This document shows positions 10,184-20,842 of a stretch of DNA of 64,000 nucleotides, piece by piece. Within the stretch, counting starts at the first letter, position 1. The number at the start of each line of letters is the position of its first letter. Location: positions 64,001 through 128,000 of the forward strand of contig CAWJZV010000045.1 of assembly GCA_963847445.1 (NCBI GenBank). Direction: 5' to 3'. The notes beneath the pieces are model-generated. The model saw only the letters and a list, made by a program, of their open reading frames with translations. It was not told the DNA's origin and searched no databases. The DNA is from an uncultured delta proteobacterium. Its GTDB lineage: Bacteria; Desulfobacterota; Binatia; UBA9968. The translations under genes and the position numbers were made by a program.

Positions 10184-10214
10184 AAAAAAGGCGAGCTGTT
10201 TGGGCTCGCCTTTT
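10184..10214 (-). terminator. Intrinsic terminator, possibly bidirectional
   Basis: AAAAAAGGCGAGC-tgtttgg-GCTCGCCTTTT just downstream of the amidohydrolase stop. Confidence 0.7.
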
Positions 10215-10242
10215 GGGTCCTTCGGGAGAATGGTGACGAATT

Positions 10243-11336
10243 TTACAGCCCCGGCGCGCCCAGATTGTAGAAGCGCCGTGCGTTGCCGTGCAGGACGGCG
10301 GCTTTGTCGGCTTCGCTGATGTCGGGGTTTTCCAGCATTTCGTTGATTTCGTGTTTGCAGAACTCGTTGTTGACTTCGTGCGGGTAGTCGCTGGAGTAGA
10401 CCCAGGGTTTGTTGCCGAGCCGCTTAATCGCGTGGGCGATGTCCGGCTCTTCGCCTTCGCAGCCGACGAAGATGCGGCCGGCGTCGACATGGCGGGCGAT
10501 ATACTCGCAAACTTTTTCCTTCGGCTTCAGATCGAGAAAACGCTTGCGCGGGTCGCGTTGAATGTGGGTTTCCCAGGAACGGTCGAAGCGTTCCAGGCAC
10601 ATCAACACCCAGGCGACGCCGCCTTCCATGAAGCCGAACTTGACGTTGGGGAACTTGTCGAAGACACCGTTAAAGACGATGCCGGCGAATGAGATCATCT
10701 GGCCGAAGGGGTGGCCGAGGGCGTGGACCGGCGCGTAGGGGTCAAATCATCGAGGCCCAGGTTTTCATGGGCGCCGCCGTGGATGCCGATGGCGCAGCCG
10801 AGTTTGTTGGCCTCCTCGTAGATCGGCCAGTAGCGAGAGTCGCCCAAGTGCGCTTGGATGCCGGTGGACGGCAGCATGGCGCCGCACATGCCCAGTTCTT
10901 TAACGATCCGTCGCAGTTCTTCCACCGCTGCGGTCGGCTCCTGCAACGGCAGCAAGCCCATGGCCTGGAAGCGCGGGTTGAACTTCATGTAGGTGTGGTA
11001 GATCCAGTCGTTGTAGCCGCGCGCGACATCGATGGCCCAGTCGCGGCTGACGATCTTTCCGAACGCCAAACCGAGAGTGGTGTAGAGCACGGTTTTTTCG
11101 ATACCGATATCTTCGAGAAAATCGACCCAGCCGGCGGGGCCGACTTTGTTGAACGCGCCGGGAGGAAAGTCGTGCATGTTCGCCGAATGCAGATGGTCGA
11201 GGGGCGGAAACGGATTGAAAAATGGGTGGGTGTCATATTTGTCGCGATAGGATTGCGGCATGTAATCGATGATCGCTTTGGTGTCTTCGATGACGTGACC
11301 GTCGCCGTCGATAATCGTGTGTCCTTTGTATGGCAT
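10243..11336 (-). CDS. Amidohydrolase family 2 protein (frameshift near 10740)
   Basis: IIDGDGHVIE, IGIHGG, FMEGGVAW and YSSDYPH across two ORFs. Confidence 0.9.
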
Positions 11337-11585
11337 GGGGGAATCCTCCTTGCTTATTGGCTGTTAGGTCATCAAGGCGAGGGCGGTTTGTCAAGCCTCA
11401 AACCCGCGCGCGCTAGTTCCACCGCCGGTTGGGCCCAGGCGTTGATGATCAAGCATCCAGCGACGATGAAAAAGTCCGACGCGCCAGTTCATATAGTTTA
11501 CCCCGTGAAGAATTTTAAATGCGATCGGGCGAGTGGCCGCCATCAACGGAGGTAACAGCAGACTGGCGTGACGGTCAGATGAAAA

Positions 11586-12250
11586 CTATTGGATCGTCGC
11601 GCTGACTTGGAGATGGCTTTCGTCGCTACTGGAGCGGTTCTGGTAGCCTAAGATCTGCCGGGTCACTTCATGCATGCTGCTGGTTGCCCCGCCGAGTGAA
11701 ACCAGTTGGCCGTTGGGCACAATGATTTCAGTTGATGCTTCGGTGAAATCGATGGCGCCTGGCCGGTCGACGGAGAAATAACTGATTCTCGGAGTGAGGC
11801 GCAGTCGAATCTGACCATCGGCCAAAGTTGTCGCGTGAACTCTCAGTGATGTTCCGACATCGTTGAAGACGATGCGCCGTTCTACATAACCGACGCCAAG
11901 GGCGTAGTTGTAAAAATAGCTCGCCTGGCTCTGCGGCACCCGCGTGGCCACAGTCAGGATCGACTCGCCGCCGTCGAGCACCAGAGTAAATATCCCGGTG
12001 GTTCGTTGGACTGTGGTCTGACGTTCATTGGCGATGACGCGCCCGGACGGACTGACAGTGCCGCGGCGGATGACCACGCTGCCGCTGCCTTGAACGCCGT
12101 CGCGGTTCAAGCTTTCGGTCTGCTGGGAGTGCAGTACGACCTTGATATGCCGAGGTGTTTGCGCGCCGGTGCGGGTAGATCGAGACTCGCACTCAGGCAA
12201 ACGCCAATTAGCCAGACGAGGACGAAGGTTCTTCTATCGTTCACCCGCAT
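11586..12250 (-). CDS. Short secretin-domain-like protein with signal peptide (frameshift near 12170)
   Basis: VGTSLRVHATTLADGQIRLRLTPRIS and ASTEIIVPNGQLVSLGG resemble the secretin C-domain. An upstream frame gives the signal peptide MRVNDRRTFVLVWLIGVCLSA. Confidence 0.6.
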
Positions 12251-12267
12251 GCCGCTATTGTCGCGTA

Positions 12268-13344
12268 TCAACTACGCGGCAGCAAGGAGAAATCGGCATG
12301 CTTCATCGGATCGTAGTCGGCGGCGATGGGGCGCTCTTGGCGCAATATGTCGAGATAGCCGCGGGCGACTTTGGGATTCATGCGGCCGTCCTTGTTCAAA
12401 ATTCTAATCAACGTCGCGTAGGTGCCTTCGGCTTCCTGCTGGTTCACTTTGAACTTATCGACGATCATCTTGACGCTCTCGCTGCGGTTGGCGCGCAGCC
12501 AGCCGACCGATTCCATGACCGCAGCCACCGTGCGGCGGACGGATTCGCGATTGGTCTTGATTTCGTTTAGCGAAGTGACCATGCCGACGTAGGGTATTTC
12601 CGCGAGTTCGCCCAGTTGGGCGAATTTCTTGTAGCCCAGCGACACTGCCTTGTCATCGAAGGGCGGGGTCAATACCGTGGCGGCGACGCGATTGCTAGTC
12701 AGCGCGCGAAAACTATCCGCGGTGCCGCCGGTGTTGATGGTGCCGACATCCTTGTCGTTGAGTTCGGATTTTTTCACGAACGCTTGAAAATAATAATAGG
12801 GTGAAGTGCGCACGCCCGAGAGCGCGACGGTTTTGCCGATTAGATCCTGCGGCTTGTTGATGTCTTTATGGGTTACCAGCACCCACGGCGAAACGTCGCA
12901 AAAGTTGATGACCATGACCAGCGGCAGGCCGGCGATGCCGGCGGAAATCGCCGTCGACGCGGAGGTGAAGTAATTGATATTGCCGGCGACCACGGCTTGC
13001 GGCGCGATCGAGTTGGTTATCTGAATGTACTCCGATTCGATGTTGTATTTTTTGAAGAAACCCTTCTCCTGGGCGACGTAGTAGGGCATGTAAGAAAACG
13101 CCAGGGAGGGAAAGCCGATGCGGATTTTATATGGGCTCTCCGCTCCCTGGGCTATCTGCTGCAATGAGCAGGACGGTGGCGAAGAGGAGACATGCTTGAA
13201 GTGGGGTTTTCTTGCCCGCACCGGTTTTCTTGCCCTCACCCTTCCCTCTCCCATCGAAGGGCGAGGGTAAGAAAGAGCGGGACGACGAGGTGAACGTGAA
13301 CGTCGGTGCGCGCACACTTGGTGTTGAAAATCTAAGGGTTCCAT
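12268..13344 (-). CDS. ABC transporter substrate-binding protein, NMT1/SsuA/TauA-like; true start uncertain
   Basis: IRIGFPSLAFSYMPYYVAQEKGFFKKY and DLIGKTVA. A signal-like stretch LLFATVLLIAA lies in an adjacent frame. Confidence 0.85.
   Translation of the reverse strand: MEPLDFQHQVCAHRRSRSPRRPALSYPRPSMGEGRVRARKPVRARKPHFKHVSSSPPSCSLQQIAQGAESPYKIRIGFPSLAFSYMPYYVAQEKGFFKKYNIESEYIQITNSIAPQAVVAGNINYFTSASTAISAGIAGLPLVMVINFCDVSPWVLVTHKDINKPQDLIGKTVALSGVRTSPYYYFQAFVKKSELNDKDVGTINTGGTADSFRALTSNRVAATVLTPPFDDKAVSLGYKKFAQLGELAEIPYVGMVTSLNEIKTNRESVRRTVAAVMESVGWLRANRSESVKMIVDKFKVNQQEAEGTYATLIRILNKDGRMNPKVARGYLDILRQERPIAADYDPMKHADFSLLPRS
13233..13268. repeat. CCCTCACCC..CCCTCTCCC...GGG.GAGGG REP-like palindrome at the 5' end of the binding-protein gene
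   Basis: CCCTCACCCTTCCCTCTCCCATCGAAGGGCGAGGGT. Confidence 0.7.
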
Positions 13345-13355
13345 GCCGACTCTCC

Positions 13356-14561
13356 TTATGCCATGGCGGCTTTAGGTTGATCGCCTTTGACCCAGCTGGC
13401 GTGAGCGATCTTGAGCGCATTGGGCTTCGGCAGATTTTTCAGCTCGAAGAAGTCAACGGCGTTCTTGCCGAGCAGTTTTTCTTTCTGGGCGAAGCTCAGG
13501 TCTTGGCTGTCGACCACGTCTTTCACCGAATAGGGGAAGTGGCAATCCCAGTGGCAGTAATCCGAAGCGTAGAGCACCGTGTCCTCGCCGTTGGCGGCGA
13601 ATACCCGGTCGAGACCGGTTTCTTCGGATTCGCAGGTGAGGACGATTTGTTTGCTTTTGATGATCTCGCTCGGCCGCCGTTTTAGCTCGGGCATTTGCGG
13701 CGCGAGCTTTTCGATATGTTCGTCGAAGCGCTCTGCCCAGAACGGCAGCCATCCGGCGCCGCCCTCCATGAAGCCGACCTTGCAGTTTCGGGAAGCGATC
13801 GAACACGCCTTCGCCGATCATGTGCATCATGGCGATCATCAGTTCAAAGGGAAACGCGGTCATATGGACGTAGACGTATTTTCGAAAGCGCTCGCTGCCG
13901 GCGCCCATGACGCCGGAAACGCCGGGCACACCGTCGTGGCCGGTTTGCGGATGGACGCTCAGCGTCATGCCGATGGCTTGGGCGCATTCATAGATCGGGT
14001 CGAACATCTTGTCGCCCATGTTGTTCAAGCCGTAGACGTTGGTCGGCAGCATCGCCGTGACCGCGCCGGCTTTTTTCAAATATTCCAATTCCTTCACCGC
14101 GGCTTGGCGGGTCTTGGCAAGGAATCAGGCCGACGCCGAGCAATCTTTTCGGATCGGCGGAGCAGTATTCCATCAGCCAATCGTTGCAGGCGTGGCAGAG
14201 CACGGCGGACAGTTCTTTGCTCATCAAGCCGTTGACCGTGAGGGCGATCTGGGTGCCGAATAAAATCGCGGCGTCGATGCCTTCGGCGTCCATGTCTTTG
14301 AGCCTTGCCAGCGGATCGACCATGCCTTCGCGAAAGCCGCGCGCCTTGTCGGTCATCGGACCGGAGACGCCGGGGCCGAGCCCTTGGGAGGCGGACCACA
14401 TGCGGCCTTCGAGCAACATGCGCGCCGTTGCCTTCGTTGTCTTTCAGGTTAATCGGCGCCTGGGAGCGCCACTTTTCCGGCATGCGCGGCCGCAAGTCGA
14501 TATTTCCTTCATAAACATGGCCGTCGGCGTCGACGACCAGAACGTTATCGAAGTTGTCCAT
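13356..14561 (-). CDS. Amidohydrolase family 2 protein (about 3 frameshifts)
   Basis: VVDADGHVYE, RLKDMDAEGID, VHPQTGH, MEGGAGWLP and YASDYCHWD in successive frames. Confidence 0.88.
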
Positions 14562-14653
14562 GGTAGTTCCTCCCCGAGTTTCTCGACACCACGAGACCTA
14601 CCACAGCGAAAGTCTCAAGGGCAACCGGAATTGGCCGGTACGGTGCGCCGCGG

Positions 14654-14799
14654 GGTAGTGGTTCAATTTGGATTCTACGACTTGTCATCCTAGGGCGCGA
14701 CCCGTGTGTCTGCCCTCTCGGACGGGCGACCACCCTTCGACTCCGCTCAGGGCAGGCGCAGGGTCGCCCTTACAAATTTTATGAAACTGAGCCACTACC
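14654..14799. mobile_element. 146-bp IS1-like MITE with nested REP elements
   Basis: Terminal inverted repeats GGTAGTGGTTCAATTT and AAACTGAGCCACTACC (14/16 match). Flanking direct repeats CGCCGCGG and CGCCGCAG (7/8 match). Confidence 0.7.
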
Positions 14800-14853
14800 C
14801 GCCGCAGCGCTGGTTTGAATACCGGCGGTCAATTGGATATTCAAACACAACAG

Positions 14854-16078
14854 ATGCACGCGATACTTCAAGACTGCCGACAGGGGAAACTCTTATCCCG
14901 TGGTTCGGCGCTATCCTTGGTTGACGCCGAGGGAGATGACTTGCAGGCGCTGCTGGCGACCGCGGCCGAGCTGCGCGACCGGTATAAGGGGCGCACCGTC
15001 ACTTATTCGCCGAAGATTTTTGTGCCGTTGACTAATCTATGCCGGGATTTTTGCGGCTATTGCACCTTTCGCAAGGCGCCCGATGAGCCGGGCGCGAAAA
15101 CCATGAGGTTAGATGAGGTGTTGCGCTCGGTGCGCCAGGGTAAAGCGCTGGGCTGCACGGAGGTGTTGTTCAGCCTCGGCGACAAGCCCGAGGCGATTTA
15201 CCCGGAGATGAAACAATTCTTGACCGAGCGCGGCCATCAGCGAACCCTCGATTATCTCGTCGAGGCTTGCCGCGTTGTGCTGGAAGAGACCGGACTTTTG
15301 CCGCATTCGAATCCAGGCGTCATGGGACGCGGCGATTTACAGCGGCTGAAGGAATTCAACCCGAGCATGGGGCTGATGCTCGAAAGCGTCAGCGAGCGGT
15401 TGCTGCTGGCCGGCGCCGCTCACGATAATGCCCCGGATAAAAAGCCGGCGGTGCGGCTGCGCACGTTGGAACTGGCCGGTGAGCTGCGCATTCCCTTCAC
15501 CACCGGAATTCTCATCGGCATCGGCGAGAACTGGCCGGAGAGAATCGATTCGCTGTTGGCAATTCGCGAGCTGCATGAGCGCTATGGTCACATTCAAGAA
15601 GTGATCGTGCAGAACTTTCGCGCGAAATCGACGACTCCGATGCGCGGCCATCCCGACGCGACTCAGAACGACATGGTCAAGACCATCGCGCTGGCGCGCT
15701 TGATCCTCGGCGGCGGGATGAATATCCAAGCGCCGCCCAATCTGACGCCGGACGGCTATGAGCTTTATCTCGACGCCGGCATCAACGACTGGGGCGGCGT
15801 GTCGCCGCTGACGCCGGACTTCATCAATCCCGAGGCGCCCTGGCCGGCACTGCGCTTGCTCCAGGAAAAAAGCGCGCAGGCGGGATTCGAACTGAAAGCG
15901 CGGCTGCCGATTTATCCCGAGTATATTCGCCAGGGCGACAAGTATCTGCCGGCGCGTGTTCGTTCCTACATCGAGCCGCTGTGCGATGCCGATGGCTTGG
16001 TCAAAAATGGCGGTCCGCTAGGCAACGCTCCAGTAGTCCAGCACTCCATTACTCCACCTTCCGCCAGGGCTTTCCTGA
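14854..16078 (+). CDS. cofG: FO synthase subunit CofG (radical SAM)
   Basis: TYSPKIFVPLTNLCRDFCGYC (CxxxCxxC), PFTTGILIGIGE, IQAPPNL, DWGGVSPLTPDFINPEAPWP. Confidence 0.92.
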
Positions 16079-17005
16079 TGCTGGTCGTTCTCACCGGCGG
16101 CACCGGCGGCGCCAAACTCATCGAAGGCTTGGCCGCTGAGATCGATCCAGCCGAGCTGACGATTATCTGTAACACCGGCGACGATGCGGTTTTTCACGGC
16201 CTGTACGTATCGCCGGATATCGACACGATCACTTACACGCTGGCGGGCTTGAGCGACAATGAGAAGGGTTGGGGAATTCACGGCGATACTTTCACCACGC
16301 TGGAGCAGCTGCGCCGGTTCGGCAATGACGCGTGGTTCAATCTCGGCGATAAGGATTTGGCGACCCATATCACGCGGACCAAGTTGCTCAACGAAGGGCT
16401 GAAACTATGCGAAGTGACCGAGCGGATTCGCCGGCAGTTGGGGGTTCAGTCGAGAATCCTGCCGATGTCCGACGAGCGCGTCGAGACCCGCGTGCAGACG
16501 CCGCAGGGGGAGATTTCGTTTCAGGAGTTTTTCGTCAAGGAGCGCTGGGCGCGCGAAGTGAATTCCGTCCGTTTCGTCGGCGCGGAACAAGCGCAGCCGG
16601 CGCCGGGTGTGCTCGACGCCATTCACCGTGCGCAGGCGATCGTCGTTTGTCCGAGCAACCCGATCACCAGCATCGGCCCGATTCTCGCGGTTCCAGGGAT
16701 TCGCAGTGCCCTCAAACAGGTTCAGCGTTCCGGTGGTCGGTGTGAGTCCGATTATCGGTGGCGCGGCGATTTCCGGCCCGGCGCATAAGCTGATGGTCGC
16801 CAGCGGCTTCGACGCTTCCGCTGTTGGTGTCGCTGGGTGCTACGGCGACTTTCTCGATACCCTGCTGATTGCTGATGAAGATTGTGCTGCCGTGCCGGCG
16901 GTTGAGGCATTCAAAGTTATGCCGATCTGCACCGATATTCGCATGGGTGATATCGCCGACAAAAGGCGCCTGGCGCGCGAAGTCTTGGCCTTGGTCAAAA
17001 AATAG
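16078..17005 (+). CDS. cofD: 2-phospho-L-lactate transferase (frameshift near 16720)
   Basis: LTGGTGGAKL, NTGDD, SPDIDTITYTLAG, WFNLGDKDLATH, CPSNPITSIGPILA. Confidence 0.92.
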
Positions 17006-17023
17006 TCTAAGAATTTTCTTTCC

Positions 17024-17715
17024 ATGAATGTCGCCGCACTGATGCCCGTGAAAGGTTTTCACAACGCCAAGCAACGCTTGAGCCCGCTGCTGAGCGTTGC
17101 GGCGCGCGAAATGTTGGCGGAAACCATGTTCCGCGATGTCTTGCGCCAGGTGCGCTTGGCGCGCGGGCTTGCGCGGAACCTTCGTCGTCACCGGCGACGA
17201 TAAGGTTGCCGCCATCGCTGCGGCGGCGGGTGCGGCAGTGATCCGCGAGAGCGCCGAGAACGGCGAGACCAGCGCCGTCGATTTCGCGCGGCTTGAGTTG
17301 AAGCAGGCGGGCTGCGAAGCGGTGCTGATCGTTCCCGGCGATATGCCGCTGGTGCGCGCCGAAGATGTCGAAGCGGTGCTGGCGCAGGTTCCCGTCGATG
17401 CGGCTGCGCCCTATGCTTTGTTGGTGCCGTCCCATGACAAGCTCGGCACCAACGCGCTGTTGTTGGCGCCGCCGGATGTGATCCAACTGCGCTTTGGCCA
17501 TGACAGTTTCACTTTTCATATGGGCCAGGTAGCCGCGCAAGGGTTGCCGGCTCGCTTTGTCGAGAACGAGCATATCGCTCTCGATATCGACGAGCCCAAG
17601 GATCTCGAACGGTTTCTTGCCTATGGTTATCACGGCGGCGAGTCGACCCGGGTGGCGCAGGAGTTGCTCGCTGAGCGCGGCGCGCCGACTAGCCCAAGGT
17701 TCTGGTGGGGCATGA
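17024..17715 (+). CDS. cofC: 2-phospho-L-lactate/PEP guanylyltransferase (frameshifts near 17170 and 17685)
   Basis: MPVKGFHNAKQRLS, VPGDMP, GTNALL, FGHDSFTFH, LDIDEPKDL. Confidence 0.88.
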
Positions 17716-18464
17716 AAAGGATCGAGCTGGTCGGCTTGGAAGGGATCGCGGAGGTTCATGCCGGCGACTCCGTCGGGCAGCTTATCTGCGATGCCTGCGA
17801 GCGGCAGCAGTGGCCACTCGCCGACGGCGATGTGCTGGTGGTGGCGCAGAAGATTGTTTCCAAAGCCGAAGGCCGAATGATTGCGCTGGCAACGATCCAG
17901 CCGTCGGCGCGGGCGCGGGAGCTGGCGCGCGAACTCGGTAAAGAAGCCGAACTGATCGAAGTCATTCTCGGCGAGAGCCGCAGAGTCGTTCGCACCGGCG
18001 GACGGGCGCTGATCGTCGAGACCCATCATGGCTTTGTCTGCGCCAATGCCGGCGTGGATCAGTCCAATGTCGGGCTCAAGCAAGTTGCCCTATTGCCCAA
18101 GGACGCCGACCGCTCGGCGCGCGGGATTCGCGCTGAGATTCAGCGCCGGACTGGCAAGCAAGTCGGCATCGTGGTCAGCGATAGCTTCGGCCGCGCCTGG
18201 CGCGTCGGCACGGTGGATGTGGCGGTTGGGGTTGCCGGCATCGATCCGATCAAGGATGAGCGCGGTCTCAAGGATCGCCATGGTTACGAACTTAAAGCGG
18301 CGGTGGCGGCGGTGGCCGATGAATTGGCGTCCGCCGCCGAGTTGGTGATGGGCAAGCGCGACGGTGTGCCGGTGGTGATCGTGCGCGGCTATGACATACA
18401 AATTAACGAGGAAGGATCGGTGCAGGAGCTCTTGCGCCCCGAGGCGGAAGATCTTTTTCGCTAG
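17712..18464 (+). CDS. cofE: Coenzyme F420-0:L-glutamate ligase
   Basis: VVAQKIVSKAEGR, CANAGVDQSN, SDSFGRAWR, DELASAAELVMGK. Confidence 0.93.
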   Translation: MKRIELVGLEGIAEVHAGDSVGQLICDACERQQWPLADGDVLVVAQKIVSKAEGRMIALATIQPSARARELARELGKEAELIEVILGESRRVVRTGGRALIVETHHGFVCANAGVDQSNVGLKQVALLPKDADRSARGIRAEIQRRTGKQVGIVVSDSFGRAWRVGTVDVAVGVAGIDPIKDERGLKDRHGYELKAAVAAVADELASAAELVMGKRDGVPVVIVRGYDIQINEEGSVQELLRPEAEDLFR

Positions 18465-18478
18465 GTTGGAAAAATAAC

Positions 18479-19141
18479 ATGGACAACTTCACTGTAGCTA
18501 TCGTCGGCGGCACGGGAAACTTGGGCAGCGCCTTGGCGCTCCGTCTGGGCGCGCCGGGGGTTAAAATTATCATCGGTTCGCGCGATGCCGAGAAAGCTCA
18601 CAAGGCGGTGGAGACTTTGCGGCCCAGTCTGCGCGCCGGCGAGATGATCGGCATGACCAATCAAGCGGCGGTCAAGGACGCCAACTTCGTCGTGATCGCG
18701 GTCCCCTACGAAGGCCAGGCGCAGATGGTGCAGGATTTGAAAGGCCAGGTGGCCGGGAAGATTATCATCGATACGGTGGTGCCGCTGAATAAAGTCAAGC
18801 CTTTCGTGCCCGCCGCCGGATCGGCGTTGCAGGAAGCGCAGCAGATTCTCGGCGACGAAGCGCCGGTGATCGGCGCGCTGCATAATATCTCCGCCGTCGA
18901 TCTCGGCGATGTCGATTCGCCGCTGGGCGACGTGCTGGTGTGCGGCGACAATGCCGAGGCGAAGCAGAAAGTGATGGAGATCATCGAGCGCATCGGCGCC
19001 ACGGCTTATGACGCCGGCCCGGCGAGCAACGCCTATGTCATCGAAGGTCTGACCGGCGTGATCATCGCGCTCAACCGCAAGTACAAATCCAAGCATGGCA
19101 GCATCAAGATCACCGGCATCGGCGCGCAATCCGGTCATTGA
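18479..19141 (+). CDS. npdG: NADPH-dependent F420 reductase (F420H2:NADP+ oxidoreductase)
   Basis: GGTGNLG, IIIGSR, AVPYE, GALHNISA, DVLVCGD; sits in the cof cluster. Confidence 0.9.
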   Translation: MDNFTVAIVGGTGNLGSALALRLGAPGVKIIIGSRDAEKAHKAVETLRPSLRAGEMIGMTNQAAVKDANFVVIAVPYEGQAQMVQDLKGQVAGKIIIDTVVPLNKVKPFVPAAGSALQEAQQILGDEAPVIGALHNISAVDLGDVDSPLGDVLVCGDNAEAKQKVMEIIERIGATAYDAGPASNAYVIEGLTGVIIALNRKYKSKHGSIKITGIGAQSGH

Positions 19142-19609
19142 GCGCGGATGCTGGCGCGTTTCGCGTTTTGGTTCTGCCTATGTCCCGAGTTAAATCGCCG
19201 GCGCAGCCAGCGCGGCAGCAAAGATTTCAGGCCCGCTAACAATTTTCTTCGGGGGACCAAAATTCATTAGTTTCCGCCTCTGGGTAAATTTTCTACCCAA
19301 GGGCTCGCCGCTCCGCCGCCCCAGGGCGTATGCCATACGCCCCTACGCTCGGATTTCCTCCGGGAATATATTGTGCGCCGTGCTCTTTACGGTCAAATTT
19401 CCGAGTCCTGCTCTTTTCTTTGGTCGCGGTTTTGGCGTTGCTAGCTGCTTCGTGACGAAAAACTCTTTGCCCTTTGGCTGCGGTGGTATGGCGCCAGGAA
19501 ATCTGGGTCTCTTTGGTGCATCCCCCCGGTCGTTCGGGGCCCTGTGGCCTCGAGCGAAAATCATACTAATCCGCCAACTTAGGCTATTTCCCCTGGCAAG
19601 AGGGGCGGT

Positions 19610-19638
19610 GTTAACCTTTGCCGGGCTGAGGCGTCTAA
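19610..19638 (+). promoter_or_regulatory. Putative autoregulated ECF promoter
   Basis: TAACC (-35 AAC) followed by 16 nt and CGTCTAA (-10), about 40 nt upstream of the ECF sigma gene. Confidence 0.55.
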
Positions 19639-19677
19639 CGGTTAAACGGCTGGACTGATCGCCAGCGTTTAACAGCC

Positions 19678-20254
19678 ATGGAAAGCACGCAGGATCTCGG
19701 CGACGAAGTATTGGTGGCCTTGTGTCAACAGGGGCAGGCCGATTGCTTCGAGGTATTGGTGCGGCGTTATATGGAAAAGGCGTTTCACATCGCTTACAAC
19801 TTCACGCGTAACACGGAGACCGCCAAAGATCTCTCGCAAGACGCGTTTCTGCGCGCCTTCGCCAATATCAAGCGTTTTGACGGGCGATCGAGTTTCTATA
19901 CTTGGTTCTATCGGATCGTCGTCAATCTCTGCTTGGATCATGCGCGGCGCAGTGGCAGGGTGATGTGGGAGTCGCTGGACAAGAGTGCCGGGGAAGCTGG
20001 CGGGCAGCGCCAGTTGGTCGACACCCAGTATCAGCCGGATCAGCAGGCGATCGCCGGCGAAGCGACGCGGCGCGCCAATGCGACCTTGGAGTCGATGCCC
20101 AACAAGCAACGCACGGCATTTCTACTGAGGAACCATGAAGGTCTGCCGATCGCCGATATCGCCAAGGTGATGAAAACCACCGAAGGAACCGTTCGGGTAT
20201 ATCTGCACAGGGCGGTAGCGGCACTTGCGCCACAGCCTGGTGGAGTTCGTTTAG
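19678..20254 (+). CDS. ECF sigma-70 family RNA polymerase sigma factor (extra base near 20226 masks the stop)
   Basis: DLSQDAFLRAF, FYTWFYRIVVNLCLD, and region 4 EGLPIADIAKVMKTTEGTVRVYLHRA. Confidence 0.9.
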
Positions 20255-20264
20255 GGAGAAGGTT

Positions 20265-20828
20265 ATGGAAAATCATGTTGCGCCGCTCGAAGGCGCCTGC
20301 AAAAACTACGAAGAGGATTTGGTGCTCTACTACTACGGCGAGAGCGGCGCCGCCGAGCGCGCGGCGATGGAGCAGCATATGGCGCAGTGCGGCCGCTGCC
20401 GCAACTTTGTCGACGATCTCGGCCGCGTCTTACCGCAGATGGCGCCGCAGCCGGAATTGCCGCAGCCGTTCTGGGATAGTTACTTTCGTGAAACCATGGC
20501 GAAGCTGGACGCGCATGAGGCGCGACAAAGTTGGTGGCGCGGTTGGTTCGCACCGCTGAACGGTTGGCTGATGCCGGCCTTCGGCACGATGGCGGTGGCG
20601 GCTTTGGCGATCGCCTTGGTATTGGAAAAGAGTGACCTGGTTTCATTCATCGATACGCCGGCGCCGAGCATTCCCGCCGAGGTGCTGGTCGACTCGAATC
20701 AGCTCGAATTCTTCAAATCGCTGGAGATTCTCGAATCTCTCAGCACGCTTGAGGAACTCGATAGGAGCAAGCCGGCGCCTAAGACCAGCGATATTCATAA
20801 TCGACGAGCGACGCAGGCGGTTGCCTAA
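20265..20828 (+). CDS. zf-HC2 anti-sigma factor, single transmembrane segment
   Basis: HMAQCGRC (HxxxCxxC) followed by a TM helix; directly after the ECF sigma gene. Confidence 0.85.
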   Translation: MENHVAPLEGACKNYEEDLVLYYYGESGAAERAAMEQHMAQCGRCRNFVDDLGRVLPQMAPQPELPQPFWDSYFRETMAKLDAHEARQSWWRGWFAPLNGWLMPAFGTMAVAALAIALVLEKSDLVSFIDTPAPSIPAEVLVDSNQLEFFKSLEILESLSTLEELDRSKPAPKTSDIHNRRATQAVA

Positions 20829-20842
20829 ATAAATTGGCCGGT

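Noticed and set aside
11380-11495. Signal-peptide-like fragment on the minus strand (MNWRVG...IVAGCLIINAWAQPAVELAR)
   Set aside because: Too short and frameshifted to support as a gene; possibly a remnant.
14815-16788. Apparent CofG-CofD fusion (657-aa ORF)
   Set aside because: A TGATG stop/start overlap sits at 16076-16080, exactly at the cofD start. A single indel in the cofG tail explains the read-through.
17097-18464. Apparent CofC-CofE fusion (455-aa ORF)
   Set aside because: Removing one C near 17685 gives ...ERGARLAQGSGGA-stop with an ATGA overlap at the cofE start, which is ordinary translational coupling.
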